From NCBI GenBank assembly GCA_016700135.1, contig CP065004.1, forward strand, positions 180,001 to 212,000: a DNA stretch of 32,000 nucleotides, in the 5' to 3' direction. Below are positions 1 to 9,200 of the stretch, piece by piece (the first letter of the stretch is position 1; each line of letters begins with the position of its first letter). The stretch comes from Candidatus Saccharimonadota bacterium (lineage in GTDB: Bacteria; Patescibacteriota; Microgenomatia; UBA1406; GWC2-37-13). The notes beneath the pieces are model-generated. The model searched no databases. It worked only from the letters and a program-made list of their open reading frames with translations, and had not been told where the DNA came from. Both the position numbers and the translations under genes were made by a program.

Positions 1-75
1 CTATACGACATGTAATCCGCCGCGAATCTTTCAAAGAATCGGAGCTTTGAGTGTTGCAAGGATCCTGACAAACTT

Positions 76-636
76 ATGAAACTAACTAACAAAAAAATTA
101 TTATATTGATCTCTGCTCTGGTCGGAGTACTTGTTCTGATAATCTTAATACTGAATGTGATAACACAACGGAAAGAAACCGCTACTCCTGAGACAAATCC
201 CGAAGTTATAAAGAAGGAAGTACAAAAGGTAATTGAAATTACGGAAGTTCCCCGGGTTCCTGATGAAAAGGGAGGAGGGATTGATACTGATTCTCCTGAA
301 GTAAAGACCTCCGTTCAGTCATTACAAAAGCTTCAATCAGCGCTTCCCTTTTATAAAATTTTCACAACTGAAGACGGAACAGAAGTCGAAGTTTCCATTC
401 CTCCTACATCAACAATTTCAAATGAGTGGACTTTACTCGTCCATATTTTCGGCCCGGACTATCAGATTCCCGAAGATTCGTCCGATTATGAGACTCAAAA
501 ACAAGCATTTCTGGCCGGAGTAAGTGAAGTTATGCTTTTTCTCGAAGAACAGGAAATCAATCCTTCAGAAATAATCATCCAATGGGGCGACAGAGCAATC
601 ATAGGTGACCGGTCTGCCAAATGGCTTTCGGAATAA
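76..636 (+). CDS. hypothetical protein with single N-terminal TM anchor
   Basis: 186-aa ORF. One hydrophobic helix near the N-terminus (IIILISALVGVLVLIILILNVI); the rest is acidic and soluble-looking. Lies 36 nt upstream of the next same-strand gene. No family recognised. Confidence 0.55.
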   Translation: MKLTNKKIIILISALVGVLVLIILILNVITQRKETATPETNPEVIKKEVQKVIEITEVPRVPDEKGGGIDTDSPEVKTSVQSLQKLQSALPFYKIFTTEDGTEVEVSIPPTSTISNEWTLLVHIFGPDYQIPEDSSDYETQKQAFLAGVSEVMLFLEEQEINPSEIIIQWGDRAIIGDRSAKWLSE

Positions 637-668
637 ATCCGTCGTTGACTTTCTTTTCCGTTTTGCAG

Positions 669-674
669 TAGAAT
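669..674 (+). promoter_or_regulatory. -10-like TAGAAT, 7 nt upstream of ATG 682
   Basis: Part of the recurrent hexamer-N6-8-ATG pattern (see findings). Confidence 0.3.
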
Positions 675-2376
675 GAATTGTATGTTTAAGTATCTGCTTT
701 TAATGGGTTTTGGATTCTCCAAGTATGCTTTCCATGTCGTGAAACGAATAATGATTGTTTTACTGGTTTTTACCTCAGTTATTTCTTTATTTTTCTTCTT
801 TAGGCAAGATAAAAAAATTCAGGATAACGCTTCATATATGTCTGTTCAACGAGAAAGAATATATATGAATATCGAAGCTATGAAAAAAGATACTTCATCG
901 GAAGGTAAAGCAAAACTGTTTGTATATCAAGGATGGATGTGTAACATCATAGGAGAAGCTTGTACCGACAATCCCGAAGATGCAAATATGAACGTCAGAA
1001 ATAGCCTTTCAGGAATCATAACCGGATGGATCACAGCACCGTATGCAAATCCTCCAGCATCCGGGATAGCCTGGCTGAAAGACGGTTTCCGTGATGCTGG
1101 TTTTGTACCGGAGACTTATGCTGCAACGGGAGTGGGCTTCGCATCTATTGCAAGTTATATGGAAATTTGGAAGCTGTTTAGGGATATTGCTTATCTTATC
1201 TTAGTGTTGGTCATGATAACGATAGGATTCATGATAATGTTTAGAGTTAATCTCGGAGGAGCCGCAGTAAGCATTGAGGCTGCCCTCCCACGAATTGTAA
1301 TCGCAATGATTATGATTACATTTTCATTCCCAATAGCAGGTTTCTTGATTGACCTTATGTATACATTAATCGCCATTAGCGTTGGTTTATTCTTTGATGT
1401 TGCGATTCAACAAGATGCTCTTACAGGCGAATATTCCTCTGCAAAGGAATATCTCAATCAGTATATGACAGCCGGTATTTGGCAAATCTGGCCAGACGGC
1501 GGTGGTACATATTTTTCCGTAGGTAACAGTTTATGGAGACTCATGCCAGCATCAGTACAAAACATGTTTCATATTGCAATGGTTGTACCGCTTGCAGTTA
1601 CTGCTGCTGATAAGTTCGGATGGATGACAGGTAAAATTGCAGACTTATTTAAGGGACTCTCCCTTGCCGGATTTAGTTCTGGAAACTTGGCAGGTATTCC
1701 GCATGTGGTCTTATTATCAGTACTCTTCGGAGCATTAGTTATATGGGGACCCGGATTAATTTTTGGGGGAATTATTATGCTCACAGTGCTACTCTTTGTA
1801 TTCCGGATATTTTTTATGCTGCTCGAGTCTTATATTAAAATTTTACTTTACATTATTTTTGCGCCAATTATTTTGCTCTTTAGCGCTATACCAGGAAACG
1901 GAAATATCGGCTGGTGGTTACGAAACCTTATAGGAGAGCTTATAACATTTCCAACAGTAATTGTCCTTACACTAGTAGGCAACGCCGTTCTCGCAGTGAA
2001 TGTTCGGGATATGGATCATCCCTTTGGTCATTTAATTGGTGGCTTCGGAATTGAGAATACATTCAAATTGCCATTTTTATATGGGTTCCAAACAGACGAT
2101 TTCAATACCATTATTGCACTTGGACTTGTGCTGATGATTCCCGATTTTGTAAAAATGGTAAAAGGATGGATAGGAGTACAGGATACGGGATTGAAATTTG
2201 GACTCGGGACTTTCTTTGCAGGAGCAACTATCTTTACAGGTGGTCTTGGTCTTGGGGCTAATCTCCAAAGCTGGAAACAATCAGCTGTCGGATATGATCC
2301 CAATAAGGGCTGGATGGATACCATGCCATTTATGAGTAAATATGCTGAAAAGATTCGAAGTTGGGGGAAAACTTAA
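673..2376 (+). CDS. polytopic integral membrane protein, function unknown (VirB6/TrbL-like role is only a hypothesis)
   Basis: 567-aa ORF with roughly 10 or more long hydrophobic segments (e.g. AYLILVLVMITIGFMIMF, VVLLSVLFGALVIWGPGLIFGGIIMLTVLLFVF). The start may be the ATG at 682, because TAGAAT (669-674) sits 7 nt upstream of it. No motif I can name. Confidence 0.7.
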   Translation: MNCMFKYLLLMGFGFSKYAFHVVKRIMIVLLVFTSVISLFFFFRQDKKIQDNASYMSVQRERIYMNIEAMKKDTSSEGKAKLFVYQGWMCNIIGEACTDNPEDANMNVRNSLSGIITGWITAPYANPPASGIAWLKDGFRDAGFVPETYAATGVGFASIASYMEIWKLFRDIAYLILVLVMITIGFMIMFRVNLGGAAVSIEAALPRIVIAMIMITFSFPIAGFLIDLMYTLIAISVGLFFDVAIQQDALTGEYSSAKEYLNQYMTAGIWQIWPDGGGTYFSVGNSLWRLMPASVQNMFHIAMVVPLAVTAADKFGWMTGKIADLFKGLSLAGFSSGNLAGIPHVVLLSVLFGALVIWGPGLIFGGIIMLTVLLFVFRIFFMLLESYIKILLYIIFAPIILLFSAIPGNGNIGWWLRNLIGELITFPTVIVLTLVGNAVLAVNVRDMDHPFGHLIGGFGIENTFKLPFLYGFQTDDFNTIIALGLVLMIPDFVKMVKGWIGVQDTGLKFGLGTFFAGATIFTGGLGLGANLQSWKQSAVGYDPNKGWMDTMPFMSKYAEKIRSWGKT

Positions 2377-2497
2377 ACCATCCTCTTTCATTGTCTGAAC
2401 TAGCAGAAACATACCTACAACAGTGTTTTCTTAGATTATCAATGTCAAAGTATAAAACACCTAATTACTAGAAAAACCTTACATAGTACTAACTTCT

Positions 2498-4093
2498 TCA
2501 GATTCTATCAGCGGGGAGTGAAGGTCGGGGGGTGGGAGTCGGAGTAGGTCCTACGAAACCCGGTAACCTAAGAATATCTACTCCAATCACTCTCAATATA
2601 AAGATCGAGAAGATAATCACAATAAGCCCCGTAATACATGCCGTCATCAGCTCCTGAGCCTTCCCCGTACGCTCCGGATTCCCTGCCGATGTCTGCATCA
2701 AAAATGAAGCATAAATAATACATCCTAATGCTATCATCCCTGCAAAGCTGATCGCCAGTCCAAATACTCTCTCATTTAATGTCTTACTGAAATCCGAATA
2801 CATACATCCAAATGCTGTCCATACCCCATCCTTGTCCATCATACAATCAAAACACTTCGCAAATTCCTCCTTGTCATAGTTCCCATCCGAATCCTTCACA
2901 TCCTTGATCGATTTACAAATCTCATGTGCCTTAAAATATGTATCTGCCATGACTTTCGAACATTCATCTCCCCGATTAAGAGCATCCATCCCCGTACTGT
3001 CATATCCAAATCTCTTCTCTATCTCCTCATCCGTCAACTTCGCACAGTAATTACTCTCAAACGCACTTCTCACATTCATGCCTCTCGCAGGATTCCACCG
3101 CGTCCCATACGGATAATCATCCGGATTAACCGTTACTCCTCTCACTTCTCCTCCGCTTGTTACCCCCTCTACGCTCGTCTCCGGTACCTCACAGTAACAG
3201 GCTACTGACTTCCCATCTCCAAACCCTTGCCGAAATTTCTCCCGGGCCTCTTCCCATGCCTCGGTCTTTGCCGAAGGTACCGCATTCTGTGCCGGCTTTA
3301 TCCAATCCCATATCTCATCTAGTTCCTCCTTCTTTGTGATTGCTTCTCTCGTTCCTACCACATTTCCTTCATCATCCACTGTTACCCGATACGGATTCGG
3401 TACCAATGGAACCTCCTGTCCATCCTCCCCGTTTATCGTCCCCGTACACATATCCATACTGCTTGTCAACTCCTCTGCCGGATTGATACCCCCCGTGAAA
3501 AGTCCTATGATCTTTTGCTTTGTCTCCTCCGAAAACAAATTCGTAAACCAGTTGTTCTTCTTTGCCAGTGTCGGATCTGAAAAATCCGGCGGTGCCTGCA
3601 TATCGATCGCTACCCCACCTAAACAACACGCTCCCCCCTCCTCCAACCCGCACACCGTCATCTCCAACTGCTTCTCAAAATTGCCTATGGTATCAGCAGA
3701 TGGTGTTATTTCAGGGCGTGGCGTAAGTACATTTGTGACAGGTGTTAAAGGAATACTATCAAACCATTCTTTAGCTTTCTGAATATAAATGGGTTTTAGT
3801 TGATTTTCGAATAAAGTTAATTGAGTAGTCGTACAAGATAATCCGGTTAATTGAAGAGCAATAACAACATTGTAATAATTTTCAAAACAAGTATTCCAAT
3901 ATTCATCATTTATAGAACCGGAATTGGTACATTTAAAAGCACTATCATTAAAAGGCTTTGCTGTATATTCATCAATAATACTGGTGAGTTTTTGTGTGCA
4001 GGCATCTTGTGCAGAAACAGCTTTAGGAATTATGAAAAGGAAAACCATTAAAACAAAAAGAGAGAATAGAAGCTTATTAGGGATGAATGACAT
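2498..4093 (-). CDS. secreted Cys-rich protein with C-terminal pilin-like two-helix anchor (paralogue A, short head)
   Basis: The ORF-track entry 2498..4234 is trimmed to the ATG at 4093 (MSFIPNKLLFSLFVLMVFLFIIPKAVSAQ, signal-peptide-like). The longer version would overlap the upstream gene end. The C-terminal ~380 aa are shared with the 4194..6248 product. It ends with two hydrophobic helices flanking SAGNPERTGKAQE, then a Pro/Thr-rich tail. Confidence 0.75.
   Translation of the reverse strand: MSFIPNKLLFSLFVLMVFLFIIPKAVSAQDACTQKLTSIIDEYTAKPFNDSAFKCTNSGSINDEYWNTCFENYYNVVIALQLTGLSCTTTQLTLFENQLKPIYIQKAKEWFDSIPLTPVTNVLTPRPEITPSADTIGNFEKQLEMTVCGLEEGGACCLGGVAIDMQAPPDFSDPTLAKKNNWFTNLFSEETKQKIIGLFTGGINPAEELTSSMDMCTGTINGEDGQEVPLVPNPYRVTVDDEGNVVGTREAITKKEELDEIWDWIKPAQNAVPSAKTEAWEEAREKFRQGFGDGKSVACYCEVPETSVEGVTSGGEVRGVTVNPDDYPYGTRWNPARGMNVRSAFESNYCAKLTDEEIEKRFGYDSTGMDALNRGDECSKVMADTYFKAHEICKSIKDVKDSDGNYDKEEFAKCFDCMMDKDGVWTAFGCMYSDFSKTLNERVFGLAISFAGMIALGCIIYASFLMQTSAGNPERTGKAQELMTACITGLIVIIFSIFILRVIGVDILRLPGFVGPTPTPTPRPSLPADRI
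2642..3691. repeat. direct repeat copy 1 (about 1.05 kb, near-identical to 4320..5369)
   Basis: Offset is exactly 1678 bp. Every line I compared is identical from 2642 to 3683, with a single mismatch at 3684 (c vs t). The antisense ORFs 2924..3208 and 4602..4886, and 3157..3339 and 4835..5017, are identical in the ORF track. Confidence 0.9.
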
Positions 4094-4099
4094 ACTATG

Positions 4100-4105
4100 A
4101 TTATA
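4100..4105 (-). promoter_or_regulatory. -10 TATAAT, 6 nt upstream of ATG 4093
   Basis: Minus strand reads GGTTATAATCATAGTATG. No SD-like purine run. Confidence 0.4.
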
Positions 4106-4193
4106 ACCATAATGACAATCGTTTGTGGAGCTAAAACACTGTGAGATCGCTACAGTGAAGAGAACAGACAGAGGCACCATTACAGGTAGATAC

Positions 4194-6248
4194 TCACTCT
4201 GAAGATGGTATGGGAGTTGGAGAAGGACCTCCAAATCCCGGTAACCTGAGAATATCTACTCCAATCACTCGCAAAATGAATATCGAAAATATGATCACTA
4301 TCAATCCCGTAATACATGCTGTCATCAGCTCCTGAGCCTTCCCCGTACGCTCCGGATTCCCTGCCGATGTCTGCATCAAAAATGAAGCATAAATAATACA
4401 TCCTAATGCTATCATCCCTGCAAAGCTGATCGCCAGTCCAAATACTCTCTCATTTAATGTCTTACTGAAATCCGAATACATACATCCAAATGCTGTCCAT
4501 ACCCCATCCTTGTCCATCATACAATCAAAACACTTCGCAAATTCCTCCTTGTCATAGTTCCCATCCGAATCCTTCACATCCTTGATCGATTTACAAATCT
4601 CATGTGCCTTAAAATATGTATCTGCCATGACTTTCGAACATTCATCTCCCCGATTAAGAGCATCCATCCCCGTACTGTCATATCCAAATCTCTTCTCTAT
4701 CTCCTCATCCGTCAACTTCGCACAGTAATTACTCTCAAACGCACTTCTCACATTCATGCCTCTCGCAGGATTCCACCGCGTCCCATACGGATAATCATCC
4801 GGATTAACCGTTACTCCTCTCACTTCTCCTCCGCTTGTTACCCCCTCTACGCTCGTCTCCGGTACCTCACAGTAACAGGCTACTGACTTCCCATCTCCAA
4901 ACCCTTGCCGAAATTTCTCCCGGGCCTCTTCCCATGCCTCGGTCTTTGCCGAAGGTACCGCATTCTGTGCCGGCTTTATCCAATCCCATATCTCATCTAG
5001 TTCCTCCTTCTTTGTGATTGCTTCTCTCGTTCCTACCACATTTCCTTCATCATCCACTGTTACCCGATACGGATTCGGTACCAATGGAACCTCCTGTCCA
5101 TCCTCCCCGTTTATCGTCCCCGTACACATATCCATACTGCTTGTCAACTCCTCTGCCGGATTGATACCCCCCGTGAAAAGTCCTATGATCTTTTGCTTTG
5201 TCTCCTCCGAAAACAAATTCGTAAACCAGTTGTTCTTCTTTGCCAGTGTCGGATCTGAAAAATCCGGCGGTGCCTGCATATCGATCGCTACCCCACCTAA
5301 ACAACACGCTCCCCCCTCCTCCAACCCGCACACCGTCATCTCCAACTGCTTCTCAAAATTGTCTATGGTCGCCTCCGGAACAAAATCATATTCAGGAGGT
5401 ATTTCTGTTATAGAACCTGCCTCAATATTTTTATTCAGAAAACGGATAACAAACCGGTCTCGTGCTTCGTGATTAGGAACCTGTCTGCTCGGATCATACT
5501 CGCCATCTGCATCTTTCGTCAAAAGCCAATTTTGGTGACAAACAAATGCAGAGCCTCCACCCCAAGAGTTAAATATCTGTTCATATTGAAGCAATGCACA
5601 ATCCGTAAGAGCGTCAGAGCGTGTTCGATTATCAGCATTAGGATCAACTGGAATACCGCAATTCCAAAAATTGTGAGTCGGCGGTAGTGCGTCAATTGCT
5701 TCATTCAAAGCTACTGAATCACAGCCTTGAACGGTAGTGAATACGGCAGTATCTTCACAGCTTGGAACTGTTGCACCATCTGACTTAGTGCAGTATGATA
5801 TTTGCTTTGGCTCAGTTGTTGGAGATGGTAATGGAACCGGTGTTGAAGTGGGTTCATTTGGGGTAACTTTTTGTTCATACAGACGTATCAAATAATCGCC
5901 ATTTGTACCCCATTTTTCACAGTAATCCTTACAATCATGATAATCACCTGACTGCCACCACAAATTCCCTATTGCTAAATTGCTACAAACCATACTTTTA
6001 AACTCAGTAGAGGAACATTTATAAGAAGAATTATTCGTACAGTATTGCAACACTGATGGATCTGCTTGCTCAAGTTTTTGTGAAACGCCCTGTCTGTCTA
6101 CCATAGATCCTCGAAGTCCTGCATCACAGCTCATACGTCCCTGCTGTATAAGAAGCTCTTGAAGCTGTGGGTTTATTGTTTTTTCCTGCGCAAAAACTCG
6201 AGGAACAACCAATAAAGCCCCAACAAGAAGTAAAAGTTTCCATCTCAT
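4194..6248 (-). CDS. secreted Cys-rich protein with C-terminal pilin-like two-helix anchor (paralogue B, long head)
   Basis: 684-aa ORF with signal peptide MRWKLLLLVGALLVVPRVFAQ. It has a ~290-aa Cys-rich unique N-terminal part with a Pro/Thr/Ser linker (PTSTPVPLPSPTTEP), then the shared body and anchor. It ends in a PSPTPIPSSE tail. Confidence 0.8.
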   Translation of the reverse strand: MRWKLLLLVGALLVVPRVFAQEKTINPQLQELLIQQGRMSCDAGLRGSMVDRQGVSQKLEQADPSVLQYCTNNSSYKCSSTEFKSMVCSNLAIGNLWWQSGDYHDCKDYCEKWGTNGDYLIRLYEQKVTPNEPTSTPVPLPSPTTEPKQISYCTKSDGATVPSCEDTAVFTTVQGCDSVALNEAIDALPPTHNFWNCGIPVDPNADNRTRSDALTDCALLQYEQIFNSWGGGSAFVCHQNWLLTKDADGEYDPSRQVPNHEARDRFVIRFLNKNIEAGSITEIPPEYDFVPEATIDNFEKQLEMTVCGLEEGGACCLGGVAIDMQAPPDFSDPTLAKKNNWFTNLFSEETKQKIIGLFTGGINPAEELTSSMDMCTGTINGEDGQEVPLVPNPYRVTVDDEGNVVGTREAITKKEELDEIWDWIKPAQNAVPSAKTEAWEEAREKFRQGFGDGKSVACYCEVPETSVEGVTSGGEVRGVTVNPDDYPYGTRWNPARGMNVRSAFESNYCAKLTDEEIEKRFGYDSTGMDALNRGDECSKVMADTYFKAHEICKSIKDVKDSDGNYDKEEFAKCFDCMMDKDGVWTAFGCMYSDFSKTLNERVFGLAISFAGMIALGCIIYASFLMQTSAGNPERTGKAQELMTACITGLIVIIFSIFILRVIGVDILRLPGFGGPSPTPIPSSE
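4320..5369. repeat. direct repeat copy 2 (partner of 2642..3691)
   Basis: Same evidence as copy 1. Beyond 5369 (3691 in copy 1) the two sequences are unrelated. Confidence 0.9.
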
Positions 6249-6254
6249 TACTTA

Positions 6255-6260
6255 ATCATA
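6255..6260 (-). promoter_or_regulatory. -10-like TATGAT, 6 nt upstream of ATG 6248
   Basis: Minus strand reads AAGTATGATTAAGTAATG. Confidence 0.3.
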
Positions 6261-6294
6261 CTTTATACTTGAGTGAAAATACAATAATCGAAGA

Positions 6295-9200
6295 TTAACT
6301 CTCATTTTCTTCAAAGCCTCTTTTCGCTGCCAGAATAAGTACGGCAAGTGCTACCAATATCATATATTTTGGCCCTTCACGCATAATAAGATGAGCAATA
6401 TTTGCTATTTCACGATCTCTGAGTCCATCACCAGACATCTCAGCCCATTTATTACGTACGACATTACCATCTTGAGTTCCAAATAACATATCTGCAACTT
6501 TGCCTACCTGTTCTCCAATCCATCCTTTATCTGCCCATCTTTCCTGATATGACGGTACCGTTTCGTAAACTTTTGCACTTTCCGGAGTTCTCTTAGGAAA
6601 CTGTGCGTAATGCAGAAAATCCGTCACGATTCTATATCGATCTTCCCTATGCAAAGGATATTCCGGACCTTCTTTAACTACAGTAGAGAATGCCGATCTT
6701 AAGCGGTGCTGTGTCATGTATTGTGCTTCAACAAGAAAATTCTCCGCTTCTGAATTGATTCTCATGACATTCATAGCATTCTCAAGAACACGCATCGCCA
6801 TTTGATTTGCCTGGTCTTCATCTTCGTCTTTGATCGAGGTACGCATTTCGGTAATAAGTTCATGCAATGCTTCAAGATCTTCCTTTCGATAATATTTTTT
6901 CAAAGCAGAGAGCAGTCCGCCTCCGGTGACATCGTTCTTATATCGCTCCTGCATGCTCGCGATTGCACTTATGGACCGCTGTACCATATCACGCCCTCCG
7001 CGAACCAACTCCAGGTACTGATACGCTGTATCATTTATCGGCATACCGGAAGTCGCACCAATGATCTCGCCTTTTGACCATGTCAGGCGGTTTGTTACTG
7101 TATTATTATAGTACTCCCGATACTTTCGTTTGAGTTCTTCAGGATACTCATCTTCAAAACGCTCAACGGCAGCTTTGTCATTCGGATTAATTTTGTGCAT
7201 TTTCATTGCCATTTTTTTCCGTGTGTCTGTGACAACAGGCTTTTCAGCGTGTGGATTTTCCTGCGGTTTTTGGATCATACGGGCCTTTATCTGTTCATAA
7301 ACGGCAAGTGCTCTGTTGATTCGTTTATCCTTTTCCTCCTGACTTAAATGAGAAATTCCCTGATATTTTTGCTCAAGTACTTTTTTGATAACATCAGAAT
7401 CGAGAGCGTATCCTTTCTTTTCCTGTCCTTCCACAATTTCAATATCACTTCTGTCTGCTTTAAGACTCTCAATATTTTCTCCATAAAGTGTTTTAACCTT
7501 ATCACCATTGTCTGTTTGCTTTCTGATATGATCATTCATCTGCTCAATCGAAGCGGTTCTTGCTTTTTGTTGAACAAATAGAATATCATCAAACGAATTG
7601 TCAAGTTCTTGAACAGAAGTACCTTCAGTTGTGTGAAAATGATCCTGCAATTCCTGAAGAAGTGTCACACCATTTTGTGATCTTGTTGAACTTTCCATGA
7701 AGACGAAATCCATCGGGACACGTTCGAAAGCGACGATGGTTAGGGCATTATTGACTATCTCCTTCAAGCTTCCGATTTTATTTTCTAAATTCCTGTTTTT
7801 TGCTGACTTTATAGATTCACCTTTCCCCGGTTGTGTCTTTTGGTGCAGAATTGGCCTTATTTTCTTTTCCCAAAACTCCTGCTCTGAATTGACATCAGGA
7901 TAAAAACCGTCTTTCCCAAGTCCGTCTTTGAAGTACCGTCGGTATAAAAATTTGAAAAAGTTTTCGTAATGCTTTTCCTGCTTGACACCGCCGCCTTCCG
8001 TTTCTTTCATGTACGCATTTTCATGCCCCCACAAAAACTCATCTCTATAGATTTTAAGCATATTGGCACTTATGTTTTCGATACGTTTCCATCCATACTC
8101 AAGAGCATGATGTTCAGGATCTTTCGCAGCACTGAGATCAAGCTGATTTTCATTGTTCAATGGATCAAGCATGTCCTGCAGCCACGGATACATCGCATAT
8201 TTCATGCGCCATCCCAGTTGTATTTCAACTCCTCCATTACCCATCGGATTCAGTTCCATGATATTGGGGAGCATTTTCTCGTTATAATTTTTTCTATCGA
8301 CTACAGCCATATTCCCAAGCAGGAATGATTGGTCATAAATATCTCTTCCTTCTGCCGTAATATCTTCATGCACCCAGTCCTCGATATACCAGTCACGATT
8401 AGGCTGCGGCATGAACGCCATGCCTTTCACGTAAGCATCCGTAACCTGCCACATTTCGGCTCCATACCAAGTTCTAAACACATCCAAGTTCTTCAGAGCA
8501 GGGTCACGGTACGTAGGTTTTGCCAGATCGGTAACTGGAGCATGAGAATAACTTGAAAGTGCATGAATCTCCAGATTTACCAAGGACAAATGCATACGCG
8601 CATGGATGATTGCGCGTTTGATAACCCACTCAGGCATATCGCCGAAGTTGTGGATCATGTCTTTCAGAGCCTCGCTTTCCACTTCATTCATATTCTCAAA
8701 AAGTCCAAGAAGGACCTCGGGGTCTTTGCGCCAGTGATTCATCGCCATCTTTTTCTTGTAGTAGCTGCTGAGCTGAATCTTTGCTGCTTCTACAAGATCG
8801 GCAAACGGTAGCTTATACAGTTCATCAAGGCGGTTGGCAGGAAGGGTTTGCTTGGCATATTGGGCAGCCTGCTGAAAGAAAGATTGCTGTTCCTGCGTCT
8901 GTCCTGTGGACATCAGATAATTGAAGTTTATACCGGTCTCAAGAAGATCTTTTTCAGCATCAATCGAAAGGTACATATTTTCAAGAAACTCTTTGTAGCT
9001 GCTCTCCCGAAGTTCCATACTTTCCGTTTCCTCAACGAACTTACCCAGGACTACAGATTCCCCTTTATCTCCTTCACGGGGTACCCACGTCTTCTTTTTT
9101 GTATTTCGGTACTGATAGTATTTGATACCGTCTTCTTCCCATTTTGTATCCCGCTCACTGATCGGATGAGCCAAATACATGATTTTCTTTTTCAGATTGT

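Noticed and set aside
4094-4234. N-terminal 47-aa extension of the 2498..4234 ORF
   Set aside because: It would overlap the stop of the upstream paralogue by 41 nt and has no signal peptide. The internal ATG at 4093 gives a clean signal peptide and has TATAAT 6 nt upstream.
2642-5369. Diversity-generating retroelement (template/variable repeat) explanation for the repeat pair
   Set aside because: The repeats are about 1 kb and identical rather than about 100-150 bp with adenine-specific mismatches. There is also no reverse transcriptase gene in the window.
2924-5472. Duplicated plus-strand ORFs (2924..3208 / 4602..4886, 3157..3339 / 4835..5017, 3336..3782 / 5014..5472) and minus-strand ORFs 3372..3653 / 5050..5331
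   Set aside because: They are antisense or off-frame readings of the duplicated gene body. They are Pro/Ser/Arg-rich and low-complexity, and they appear twice only because the DNA is duplicated.
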